Shown piece after piece: positions 55,697-64,000 of a stretch of 64,000 bases of DNA. Source of the stretch: a virus (lineage: Duplodnaviria > Caudoviricetes); IMG/VR virus record IMGVR_UViG_2816332256_000001, positions 1-64,000 of that record; one strand, given 5' to 3'. Below the pieces are notes generated by a model. The model had not been told where the DNA came from, searched no databases, and saw nothing but the letters and a program-made list of their open reading frames with translations. Position 1 is the first letter of the stretch, and every line of letters begins with the position of its first letter. Both the position numbers and the translations under genes were made by a program.

Positions 55697-56286
55697 GCGA
55701 TGTCGTTGAGTTCAAGTCCGCGTTCGACGCGGTGCGTTTCGCACTCTGCTACTCGTCGCAGCAGTACGGCGAGACGATGATGGCGAAGCGCCTGCGCGGC
55801 GAGTCGATCGGTACCGGCATGGGGCTGGTCGGGCTCGATGGCGCGGGGCAGGCCGGGGAGATTCGCCGGCACCTCTGGGAGCTGCCCGAATTGCACCTGT
55901 CCGTGATTGTCGCGCGCGCGGCGCCGCACGACCTGCCGTGCTCCTGCGGTGCAGCGTGCTGCAGCGGCCGGACGCCGAATCTCGAGTGGCAGGCGGCGAT
56001 CGGCTGGCTGATTCGGGCGTCCGCCGCGTACTGCTCGGGCTTCTCGCACTACCGTGTGCGTCGAGCGATCATCGAGCGTCTGTTCGGGGTGAAGTGCGAC
56101 CTGGTCGACATCGCGCATGACTGCGACGCGCACGTGAACACCGTCAGCAAGCAGAACGCTGCGGTGCGCCGGTGGATCGAAGGCGACAAGAAGGCCGGAG
56201 AGACGGGCGTCGAGGGGCTCGCATGGTCGGTGATCGAACGACGGTTCAGCGAGCTCGGTTTGCTGCAGGAACGATCGACCGCTTGA
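55693..56286 (+). CDS. Q-like late antiterminator with Cys cluster
   Basis: Last gene before pR'; CSCGAACC and a C-terminal HTH. Confidence 0.7.
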   Translation: MSDVVEFKSAFDAVRFALCYSSQQYGETMMAKRLRGESIGTGMGLVGLDGAGQAGEIRRHLWELPELHLSVIVARAAPHDLPCSCGAACCSGRTPNLEWQAAIGWLIRASAAYCSGFSHYRVRRAIIERLFGVKCDLVDIAHDCDAHVNTVSKQNAAVRRWIEGDKKAGETGVEGLAWSVIERRFSELGLLQERSTA

Positions 56287-56311
56287 CAATGTGTGTTTGG
56301 CACACAATAAT
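56283..56311 (+). promoter_or_regulatory. Late promoter pR'-like
   Basis: TTGACA-N17-AATAAT with a TGTGTG-N5-CACACA palindrome in the spacer. Confidence 0.75.
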
Positions 56312-56349
56312 CCGCAATATTCGATACACGTCATACGTGCGTCCAAAGC

Positions 56350-56377
56350 AAAAAAGCCCGCGAAAGCGGGCTTTTTT
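56350..56377. terminator. Bidirectional intrinsic terminator (tR')
   Basis: AAAAAAGCCCGC-GAAA-GCGGGCTTTTTT. Confidence 0.85.
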
Positions 56378-56393
56378 GTTGGCGGCTGCGGGA

Positions 56394-56837
56394 TTATTTG
56401 GGGCGCGACGTCGTGTTCTGGAAGGAATAGATGGCGCGGTTCTGTGCGTCTTTACGTTCGAACGAGATGAAACCCTTCGGAAAACCGTCGGGACCCGTCA
56501 TCACCGGCGTACGCGCTTCAGCCAGCTTGCGGAACGCTTTGCCGAGTGCGATGCGCTGGCCAGCCGTCAGTGCTTTCCACTCGGGCGTGCCAAAGCCGAT
56601 GCGATGCAGTTCTTCGACGGTGAACTCGTCGTTGACCTTGAAGTTGCGAGCACACTGATAGACCGATTGGGCGACTTCTTCCGGGTTGTATTGGACGATT
56701 GCGGGTTCTTCCTCCTGGTCCGCACTCGCAGTGATGCGCGTGAGCAGGAGTTCCTCGAGTTCGATCTCTGCGGCGGCGGCAGCTTGCAGGGCTTCGAGCA
56801 AAACGGGGTCCGGAATGTTGAGCGTGATGGTAGTCAT
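56394..56837 (-). CDS. RHH-like + DUF1413-like moron protein
   Basis: MTTITLNIPD N-terminus; EFTVEEL...EW..L..GQR..LGK.F...N.AIY C-terminus; opposite strand to the late operon. Confidence 0.65.
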   Translation of the reverse strand: MTTITLNIPDPVLLEALQAAAAAEIELEELLLTRITASADQEEEPAIVQYNPEEVAQSVYQCARNFKVNDEFTVEELHRIGFGTPEWKALTAGQRIALGKAFRKLAEARTPVMTGPDGFPKGFISFERKDAQNRAIYSFQNTTSRPK

Positions 56838-56856
56838 GATGAGTTCTCTACGGTTA

Positions 56857-56926
56857 ATAGCTATCGCGTGATTGCGATTAGCTTGGAGTAACTATACATA
56901 GCTAACGATAGCTATGCAATAGCTAT
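56857..56926. repeat. ATAGCTAT palindrome array upstream of the moron
   Basis: 56857, 56898 (ATAGCTAA), 56908, 56919; degenerate GTAACTAT at 56888; 10-11 bp spacing. Confidence 0.7.
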
Positions 56927-56942
56927 TAATTGGGGCCTTACC

Positions 56943-57608
56943 ATGGGGTGCGATCGTGATCGGATTGCTCGCCGTGACGCATTGCGCCATCGACCGTCGC
57001 CGCCTGAAGTGCTTTTCGACGACTCGAACTGGATCAGGTGCATCGTGCCGGCCGACGGCGTTGCCGAGTGGGTGAACGAGACGCTCTTGCGCGCCGGTGC
57101 GCCGCTGCACAACCCTGATCACGAGCATCTGATCGACGCTGATGTCGCCTACCTCTGGGCGGCCGTCGAGAACGTTCGCCAGATGCGGCGGGTGGTCGGC
57201 CAGTGCGAAGAGGTGACGATCCGCGCAGGCGGCTGGCAGCGCGCCCGGCAGGAACAGCAGTACCTCGAATGGTTCGGCCGCGTGCCGGCGTTCCTGATCA
57301 CGCTCGACGCGCACTATGCTCGCGAGTGCAACGACCTACAGTGGTGTGCGCTCGTCGAGCACGAGCTGTATCACATCGGCCAGCGCACCGACGAGTTCGG
57401 CGCGCCGGCCTTCGCGAAGGACGGCATGCCGAAGCTCGGTATCCGCGGGCACGACGTCGAGGAATTCGTTGGCATCGTCCGGCGCTACGGCGTGGCCGGC
57501 GGCGCGGGCGATACCGCGAAGCTCGTCGCTGCTGCCCAGCGCGCGCCTGATGTCGGCCACGTCGACATCGCGCGCGCCTGCGGCACCTGCATCCTGCGGG
57601 CCGCATAA
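56943..57608 (+). CDS. Putative phage metallopeptidase (start uncertain)
   Basis: ALVEHELYHI (HExxH) and HDVEEF. Confidence 0.8.
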   Translation: MGCDRDRIARRDALRHRPSPPEVLFDDSNWIRCIVPADGVAEWVNETLLRAGAPLHNPDHEHLIDADVAYLWAAVENVRQMRRVVGQCEEVTIRAGGWQRARQEQQYLEWFGRVPAFLITLDAHYARECNDLQWCALVEHELYHIGQRTDEFGAPAFAKDGMPKLGIRGHDVEEFVGIVRRYGVAGGAGDTAKLVAAAQRAPDVGHVDIARACGTCILRAA

Positions 57609-57626
57609 CCCGACCGTTTTCCCGCT

Positions 57627-58106
57627 ATGGCAGCACTTCCCGACACGATCAAGGTGTTCATCGTGCAGTCGCTGGCTTGCTTCGACACGATCGCGCGCAC
57701 CGTGAAGGACGTGCGCGAGGTGTTCGGCGTCGAAGTGTCGTCGCAGCAGTGCGAGCGCTACGACCCGACGAAGCGGGCCGGCGCGACGCTCAGCAAGAAG
57801 TACCGCGAGATCTTCGAGCGCACGCGCGAGGAGTTCCTCAACGACACATCGCGTATCGGCGTGTCGCACCGCGCGGTACGCCTGCGCGCGCTCGACCGTG
57901 CCGTCGCGGAAGCGGAGCGACGCAACAACCTGCCGCTGATGGCGCAGCTGCTCGAACAGGCTGCGAAGGAATCCGGCGACGCCTACACGAACCGGCGCCG
58001 CCTCGAACACACTGGGGAGAACGGCGGCCCGATCGAGAACAGGACGGTCGTCGTCGATGAAAGCCAGGTCGCAGCCGCCGTCGCCAAACTCGAAGACGAG
58101 TATTGA
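57627..58106 (+). CDS. Terminase small subunit (DUF2280)
   Basis: [10 protein letters not shown]...YDPTK..G..LS.K...F..TR..F...LEQAAKE.G..YTN. Confidence 0.88.
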   Translation: MAALPDTIKVFIVQSLACFDTIARTVKDVREVFGVEVSSQQCERYDPTKRAGATLSKKYREIFERTREEFLNDTSRIGVSHRAVRLRALDRAVAEAERRNNLPLMAQLLEQAAKESGDAYTNRRRLEHTGENGGPIENRTVVVDESQVAAAVAKLEDEY

Positions 58107-59610
58107 CCCCGCCATCGAGCGGGCCGTCCTGAAGGCGAAGTGCGAGCGGGATCACCTGTTCTTCAGCCGGTACTTCTTCAAGCACCGACAGGCGATCAAG
58201 TTCCGCGTCAACTGGCACCACGTGTTGATCGCCGACACGGTGCAGCGCGTGATCGACGGCACGCTGAAGAACGTCGTCATCAATGTGCCGCCGGGCTCGT
58301 CGAAGACTGAGCTGGTCGCGATCAACCTGATCGCGCGCGGCCTCGCGCTGAACCCGCGCGCGCGATTCCTGCACATCAGCTACTCGGACGACCTCGCGCT
58401 GCTGAACAGCGAGACGGCGCGCGATATCGTCGCATCCGACGAGTACCAGGCGCTCTGGCCGCTGAAGGTGGCTGACGACGCGAAGTCGAAGAAGCGCTGG
58501 AACGTGCTCGTCGACGGGAAGAAGGCCGGCGGCGTGTACGCGGTTTCGCTCGGCGGCCAGATCACTGGCTTCCGGGCCGGGCACATGGCCGAGGGTTGGC
58601 AGGGCGCGATCATCATCGACGACCCGCTGAAGGTCGAGGACGCGTACAGCAAGACGAACCGGGACAAAGCCAACCGCAAGCTGCAATCGACCGTGAAGAG
58701 CCGAAAGGCGAGTCCGGACACGCCGATCATCGTGATCATGCAGCGGCTCGCGGAGGAAGATCCGACGGGCTTCATCAAGGCGCGCAAGCTGCCGGGCGAC
58801 TGGGAGTTCATCGAGATCCCGGCGCTGATCACGGACGAGTACGTCGCGAAACTGCCGGCGCACATCCGCGAACGCGTCGAGCGCGACGAGCGTGACGAGG
58901 ACGGCCGGTACAGCTACTGGCCGTACAAGGAACCGCTGCAGGAACTGCTCGCGTCCGAGAAGGCCGACGCGTACGTCTTCAACGGCCAGTACATGCAGCG
59001 GCCGTCGCCGCTGGGCGGCGGGATCATCCAGAGCGGCAAGTTCCTGCGCTACGGTGCGCTGCCGCAGCTACAGTACCGCAAGATTTTCGCGGACACGGCG
59101 CAGAAGACCGCCGAGCGGAACGACTACAGCGTGTTCGAGTGCTGGGGTCTCGGGTACGACAACCGTGTGTACCTGATCGACCTGGTGCGCGGGAAGTGGA
59201 AGGCGCCCGAGCTGAAGCGCCGCGCGATCGACTTCTGGAACAAGCACGCGGCCATCGGCGCCGACGACCCGGGCGCGCCGGTGCTGCGCCAGATGAAGGT
59301 CGAGGACAAGTCCAGCGGGACCGGGCTGATTCAGGACATTCAGGCCGAGGGCGGCATCCCGATCGAAGGCATCGAGCGCGTGAAGGACAAGCTGACGCGC
59401 GTCATGGACGTCGTCAGCCACATCGACGCCGGCAACGTCGGTGTTCCGATGGATGCCCCGTGGGTTAGCGACTTCTTGACCGAGTGCGACTCGTTCACGG
59501 CTGACGATACGCACATGCACGACGACCAGATCGATCCGATGGTCGACGCAATCAACGACATGCTGGGAGGCGCGAAGGACCTGTCGGTCTGGGAGCGGCT
59601 TGCCGGTTGA
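58057..59610 (+). CDS. Terminase large subunit
   Basis: [34 protein letters not shown]. Confidence 0.93.
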   Translation: MKARSQPPSPNSKTSIDPAIERAVLKAKCERDHLFFSRYFFKHRQAIKFRVNWHHVLIADTVQRVIDGTLKNVVINVPPGSSKTELVAINLIARGLALNPRARFLHISYSDDLALLNSETARDIVASDEYQALWPLKVADDAKSKKRWNVLVDGKKAGGVYAVSLGGQITGFRAGHMAEGWQGAIIIDDPLKVEDAYSKTNRDKANRKLQSTVKSRKASPDTPIIVIMQRLAEEDPTGFIKARKLPGDWEFIEIPALITDEYVAKLPAHIRERVERDERDEDGRYSYWPYKEPLQELLASEKADAYVFNGQYMQRPSPLGGGIIQSGKFLRYGALPQLQYRKIFADTAQKTAERNDYSVFECWGLGYDNRVYLIDLVRGKWKAPELKRRAIDFWNKHAAIGADDPGAPVLRQMKVEDKSSGTGLIQDIQAEGGIPIEGIERVKDKLTRVMDVVSHIDAGNVGVPMDAPWVSDFLTECDSFTADDTHMHDDQIDPMVDAINDMLGGAKDLSVWERLAG

Positions 59611-59630
59611 GCACGACAGGATTTCCCGGA

Positions 59631-61097
59631 ATGTCGAAACGGAAGCAACAGACCCGGCCGCCGCGCGCGCCGGCGGCTACGCACGCCCATCGCACGGCCG
59701 ACTCGTTCGCCAACTTCGAGGCGCGGCTCGGCTGGGGCGCCGACAACCAGGCGTCGGCGGCGCAGTACACGCTGTCGTACCAGAGCCGCAACCGCGTCTG
59801 GCTGGAAGCGGCGTATCGCGGATCGTGGATCGTGCGCGCCGCGGTGGACGCGATTCCGGAGGACATGACCCGCAAGGGCATCGAGATGTCCGGGCTCGAT
59901 CCGACCGACGTGTCGAAGATGGAGACGGCGCTCACGCGCAAGGCGATCTGGGACCAGCTCTGCGACACCGGCAAGTGGGCGCAGCTGTACGGCGGTGCGA
60001 TCGCGGTGATGCTGATCGACGGCCAGGACATGTCGCAGCCACTTCGGCGCGAGACCATCGGGAAAGGCCAGTTCAAGGGCCTGCTCGTGCTCGACCGCTG
60101 GATGGTTGCGCCGCCGGTCGGCGAAGTGGTGACCGAGTTCGGCCCCGATCTCGGCATGCCGAAGTACTACGACGTGCTGCCGACGACGATCGGCTTGCCG
60201 CAAGGACGCATTCACCACTCGCGCGTGCTGCGCATGGACGGCGAAGCACTGCCGTACTACCAGCGCATCAGCGAGAACGGATGGGGCCTGTCGATCCTCG
60301 AGCCGATGTGGGACCGACTCATCGCGTTCGACAGCGCGACGGTCGGCGCCGGCCAGCTCGTCTACAAAGCGCATCTGCGCACGCTGAGCGTCGAGAAGCT
60401 GCGCGAGATCATCGCGATGGGCGGCCCGGCGCTCAACGGGCTGCTGAAGCAGGTCGAAATGATCCGGCTCGGGCAGTCGAACGAGGGCATCACCCTCATC
60501 GACTCGACCGACAAGTTCGAGACGCACCAGTACGCATTCAGCGGGCTGTCCGATGTCTTGCTCCAGTTCGCGATGCAGCTCAGCGGCGCGACGGGCATTC
60601 CGCTCGATCGCCTTTTCGGCCAGCAGCCGGCCGGGTTGAGCGATACCGGCGAAGGGTCGCGCCTGCTGTATCACGAGAAGGTGCACACGCGGCAGGAGCG
60701 CCGGATGCGCAACCCGCTGCACGGCCTGCTCGACGTGATGTGCCGGTCGGAAATCGGGCAGCCGTTGCCCGAGGACTTCTCGTACGAGTTCAACCCGCTG
60801 CAGGAGATGTCGGCCGCCGAGAAGGCAGAGATCGGCAACAAGACGGTCGACTCTGTGACGAAGGCCGTCGACGCCGATCTGATTCCGCGCAGCCAGGGCA
60901 TGCGCGAGCTGAAGGCGTCGTCGCCCGACACCGGCATGTTCGGCGACATCCCGGACGAAGCGATCGAGCAGGCCGAGCGCGACGAACAGGGCGAGGATCC
61001 GCCAGGAATTGATTCAGCGCTTCCGCTCGGCCCGGCGCCAAGCGCGGCCGCGCGCACGAACGATTCTCTGCTTCGCAGGCTTTTCCGACGTCGATGA
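59631..61097 (+). CDS. Portal protein (DUF1073 family)
   Basis: Position after TerL; IHHSRV, GWG.SIL, GIP..RLFGQQPAGL..TGE, F.PL..MS..EKAE. Confidence 0.88.
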   Translation: MSKRKQQTRPPRAPAATHAHRTADSFANFEARLGWGADNQASAAQYTLSYQSRNRVWLEAAYRGSWIVRAAVDAIPEDMTRKGIEMSGLDPTDVSKMETALTRKAIWDQLCDTGKWAQLYGGAIAVMLIDGQDMSQPLRRETIGKGQFKGLLVLDRWMVAPPVGEVVTEFGPDLGMPKYYDVLPTTIGLPQGRIHHSRVLRMDGEALPYYQRISENGWGLSILEPMWDRLIAFDSATVGAGQLVYKAHLRTLSVEKLREIIAMGGPALNGLLKQVEMIRLGQSNEGITLIDSTDKFETHQYAFSGLSDVLLQFAMQLSGATGIPLDRLFGQQPAGLSDTGEGSRLLYHEKVHTRQERRMRNPLHGLLDVMCRSEIGQPLPEDFSYEFNPLQEMSAAEKAEIGNKTVDSVTKAVDADLIPRSQGMRELKASSPDTGMFGDIPDEAIEQAERDEQGEDPPGIDSALPLGPAPSAAARTNDSLLRRLFRRR

Positions 61098-61849
61098 TCC
61101 TCACCCTCGATCGAAAGCGCGACCGGCGCAAGAACCCGGTTCGGCTGAGTGGTCCCGAGCGGCAGTACGGCGGCCAGTTGCGAAAGATCGCCCATCAGGT
61201 CGGCGTGCTCGTGAACGGCTTTCCGGCCGATGACGCGTCGTATGCGCCGACGATCGAGGAACTGCTGCGGCGGTATGCCGAGGCGCTCGCGCCGTGGGCC
61301 GAGGCGACCGCGGCGCGCATGATCGCCGACCTGAACCGGCGCGACGAGCAGATGTGGATGAAGCAAGCCGCAGACATGTCGCGCGCGCTGCGCGACGAGA
61401 TCCGCGGTGCGGCCACCGGCGAGACGATGCGCGCGCTCCTGTCCGAGCAGGTGCGGCTGATCAAGTCCATCCCGCTCGACGCGGCCGAACGCGTGCACCG
61501 GCTGACGCTGGAAGGAATCGTCGACGGCGCGCGCGCTGCGCAGATCTCGAAGGCGATTCAGGAGTCGGGGCAGGTCGCGAAGAGCCGGGCCGACACGATC
61601 GCGAGAACTGAGGTCAGTCGTACGGCCGCGACGCTCACCGAGGCGCGCGCGCTCGATGTCGGAAGTCCCGGCTACTTCTGGCGGACGTCGGGTGACTCGG
61701 ACGTCCGCGAGGACCATCGGGAGTTGGAAGGCAAGTTCTTCACGTGGGACAAACCGCCGATCGCGGATAAGCGGTCGGGCGCGCGGGCCCATCCGGGCTG
61801 CATCTACAACTGCCGGTGCTGGGCAGAAGTCGTCCTTCCGAAGGGCTGA
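61094..61849 (+). CDS. Minor head protein (Mu F/SPP1 gp7-like)
   Basis: RADTIARTE, W.TSGD..VR..H, HPG.IYNCRC. Confidence 0.9.
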   Translation: MILTLDRKRDRRKNPVRLSGPERQYGGQLRKIAHQVGVLVNGFPADDASYAPTIEELLRRYAEALAPWAEATAARMIADLNRRDEQMWMKQAADMSRALRDEIRGAATGETMRALLSEQVRLIKSIPLDAAERVHRLTLEGIVDGARAAQISKAIQESGQVAKSRADTIARTEVSRTAATLTEARALDVGSPGYFWRTSGDSDVREDHRELEGKFFTWDKPPIADKRSGARAHPGCIYNCRCWAEVVLPKG

Positions 61850-61850
61850 T

Positions 61851-62144
61851 ATGGCGAAGATGAAACGGGACAGTAGTGGATCGCTGCTGTTCGAGTGTCC
61901 GTGTGGTGAGCTGCATGTCGTCTATCCGCATGGCTGCGATTCTCCGAACCCGGCGCGATGGAGTTGGAACGGCAGCGTCGATGCTCCGACGTTGTCGCCA
62001 TCGATCCTCGTGTCGTGGCCCGGCCCCGACGATCGGCAGAACGTCTGCCATTCATTTATCACGGATGGCCGGATCCAGTTCTGCGGCGACTGCACACACG
62101 AACTGGCCGGGCAGACGGTCGAGATTCCGGACTGGACGGACTGA
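61851..62144 (+). CDS. DUF6527-like Cys/His protein
   Basis: FECPCG..H...W.WNG....PTLSPSI...CHSFITDG.IQFC.DCTH. Confidence 0.75.
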   Translation: MAKMKRDSSGSLLFECPCGELHVVYPHGCDSPNPARWSWNGSVDAPTLSPSILVSWPGPDDRQNVCHSFITDGRIQFCGDCTHELAGQTVEIPDWTD

Positions 62145-62146
62145 GC

Positions 62147-62314
62147 ATGACGACACATCGAACGACGTTGCGCGTGCGAGTGCGCACCGCGTGGTGGTTG
62201 CCGCTGTACCTCCGATCCCTGGCCGTCTGGTGCCGGGTCACGCGCACCGAGCCCGATTACGAGCGAGTCCGCGGCGTCATCGCGCGCGGTGTCCGAACCA
62301 GCATCGAAGACTGA
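62147..62314 (+). CDS. Small hypothetical protein
   Basis: 55 aa; tiles between neighbours. Confidence 0.5.
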   Translation: MTTHRTTLRVRVRTAWWLPLYLRSLAVWCRVTRTEPDYERVRGVIARGVRTSIED

Positions 62315-62315
62315 T

Positions 62316-63773
62316 ATGCGGATTTTCACCACTGACCATGCGTGCAACTGCGGTTCGCACACCGCGCGCGCTCGCGCGCATACCCGCGACGGCATCACTG
62401 CATCGGGCGTGTACGCGGCCGAACAACTCGGCGAGCGGCAGTCGATCACGCCTGAAGGCTTCCTGCTCTGCGAGGCCGTGCCGATCGCGCGCGTCGGCGC
62501 GCAGGACTACGCCTATTTCGAGCTGCCGGAGATCGAGGCGAAGGACGGCGTCATCGTCGCCGAGCGCACGGCCGACGTGCTGTTCAGCCCCGAGACGCTT
62601 GCCAGCTTCGAGGGCAAGCCGATCACGATCGACCATCCGCCGGATTTCGTGACGCCGGCGAACTACATGTCGGTGGCGCGCGGCACGGTTCGCAACGTAC
62701 GGCGAGGCGAAGGCGACCAGTCTGAGCTGATGCTCGCTGACCTACTGATCACCGACGCCGAGGCGATCCGGCGCGTCCAGAGCAAGGGCGCCGACGCGCT
62801 CACGCAGGTCAGCAACGGATACGACGCCGACTACGAACAGATTGCGCCTGGGCGGGCGCGACAGGTGGTGATCGTGGGGAACCACGTCGCCCTCGTGAAA
62901 AGCGCCCGCTGTGGCCCCGTGTGTTCGATCGGGGATAGCAGTTCCAACCTACTCCCGACAGGAGATGCAAGCATGGCAACCAAGAAAGGCTCCAAGTTCG
63001 TCGACGCGTTGCGCAAGGCGTTCATGACGCGCGATTCCGAGGCGTTCGAGAAGGTCGCGAACGAGATGACCGGCGACGAAGGCGGCGAGGGTGGCGACGG
63101 CCAGCCCCAGATTCACATCCACATGCCCGGTACCGGCACCGATCCGAAGGCGGGTGCCTCCGCGACGGGTGACGACGGCGCCGGCGGTGGTGAAGGCGAT
63201 CCGCTCAAGCAGGTCCTCGACGCGATCCAAGCCACCATCGGCAAGATCGACGCGCTCGCCGATCGCGTGACGAAGCTCGAAGGCGGCGGCACGCCGACCG
63301 GTGACGGTGACGGCGAGGACGACGATCAGGACGGCACCGGCACGATGGACGGCGACGGTGCCGGCGAAGGCGACGATAAGGGCGTCGCTCGGACCGGCGA
63401 CAGCACCGCGCTGCGTGACCAGTTCCAAGACGCGCTCTCGCGCGCCGAGATCCTCGCGCCGGGTGTGCGGCTGCCGACGTTCGATGCGAAAGCGGTCCGC
63501 AAGAAGACGGTCGACGCCATCTGCGTGCTGCGCCGCCGCGCGCTGCGCGCCGCGCTGGAGAACGAGAACGCCGAACTCGTCAAGTCGGTGGTCGGCGGCG
63601 CGAACGTGGCCAGCATGACATGCGATTCCGTCGCGGCGTTCTTCAACGCGGCGTCGGAGGTCGTGCGCAGCAAGAACTCCAGCGTCACGCAGCGCCGGAC
63701 GAACGATTCCGCTCAGACCGAGCGGAAAGACATCAATGCAATCCACGCGGAATTCTGGAAGGTCCGCAAGTAA
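62316..63773 (+). CDS. DUF2213 head maturation protease/scaffold
   Basis: TPEGFLLC..VPIAR.G.Q.Y, SFEGKPIT..HP, NHVALV..ARCG..C.IGD; acidic Gly-rich scaffold part. Confidence 0.88.
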   Translation: MRIFTTDHACNCGSHTARARAHTRDGITASGVYAAEQLGERQSITPEGFLLCEAVPIARVGAQDYAYFELPEIEAKDGVIVAERTADVLFSPETLASFEGKPITIDHPPDFVTPANYMSVARGTVRNVRRGEGDQSELMLADLLITDAEAIRRVQSKGADALTQVSNGYDADYEQIAPGRARQVVIVGNHVALVKSARCGPVCSIGDSSSNLLPTGDASMATKKGSKFVDALRKAFMTRDSEAFEKVANEMTGDEGGEGGDGQPQIHIHMPGTGTDPKAGASATGDDGAGGGEGDPLKQVLDAIQATIGKIDALADRVTKLEGGGTPTGDGDGEDDDQDGTGTMDGDGAGEGDDKGVARTGDSTALRDQFQDALSRAEILAPGVRLPTFDAKAVRKKTVDAICVLRRRALRAALENENAELVKSVVGGANVASMTCDSVAAFFNAASEVVRSKNSSVTQRRTNDSAQTERKDINAIHAEFWKVRK

Positions 63774-63782
63774 GGAGCCGAC

Positions 63783-64000
63783 ATGTCCTCGTATCAAGCC
63801 TATCAGTACCGCATGCCGGCGGGCTTCGCCGGAGACCTTCAGCGCGCCGAAGTCGCCACGATCGAGACGCAGCTGATCGACCCGGCGGCACCGCCGACGG
63901 CGTTCGGCGTTCCCGTGAAGATGGTGAACGGCAAGATCCAGCCGATCAACAACGCGGCCGACACGGCGGCGCTCGTCTACGGCGTGAACCTGCGCGCGTA
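63783..64000 (+). CDS. Head decoration/cement protein (partial)
   Basis: YRMPAGFAGD...FGVPV; follows DUF2213; truncated by the window end. Confidence 0.7.
   Translation, partial: MSSYQAYQYRMPAGFAGDLQRAEVATIETQLIDPAAPPTAFGVPVKMVNGKIQPINNAADTAALVYGVNLRA

Larger units (their letters stand above)
33300..64000. mobile_element. Prophage 2 integrated at the tRNA-His 3' end; continues beyond the window
   Basis: Integrase and excisionase near the tRNA, then early, immunity, replication, Q and head modules; attR not in the window. Confidence 0.9.

Noticed and set aside
59631-61097. DUF1073 protein as an anti-CBASS Acb1 nuclease
   Set aside because: Size and position between TerL and the minor head gene indicate a portal; no separate 2H phosphoesterase domain was evident.

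Overview
GC-rich betaproteobacterial DNA; gene content and codon style suggest Burkholderia (inference, no database search run). The window holds two lambdoid prophages back to back around a short host segment (dusA plus tRNA-His, ~32146-33324). Prophage 1 (<1 to ~32170, left end outside the window) has a ParB-like gene, a cI/cro switch, DnaB, a replication initiator with iterons, a Q-like gene, HNH/TerS/TerL, an HK97-type head, a Mu-type contractile tail, a lysis cassette, a moron region and a dusA-associated integrase. Prophage 2 (tRNA-His 3' end to >64000) has a PRTase+DprA defence-like pair, integrase/excisionase, a long leftward early operon, a cI/cro switch, MTase, PAPS-reductase-like gene, DUF1376 initiator, RusA, a Q-like gene, a DUF1413-like moron and the start of a head module. 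Top observations: (1) a three-cassette tail-fibre tip shufflon with 12-bp in-frame CACTRCAAATGC sites and no adjacent invertase, where the Rci-like dusA integrase is a candidate recombinase; (2) in both prophages, a repressor without the autocleavage domain is paired with a convergent, SOS-box-preceded small gene of one shared 'PGDLA' family, a candidate LexA-controlled antirepressor family; (3) a compact PRTase+DprA antiphage module at attL; (4) RMF-like motifs, one standalone and one fused to an FtsK-gamma domain. Family assignments come from remembered motifs and synteny, not from searches.
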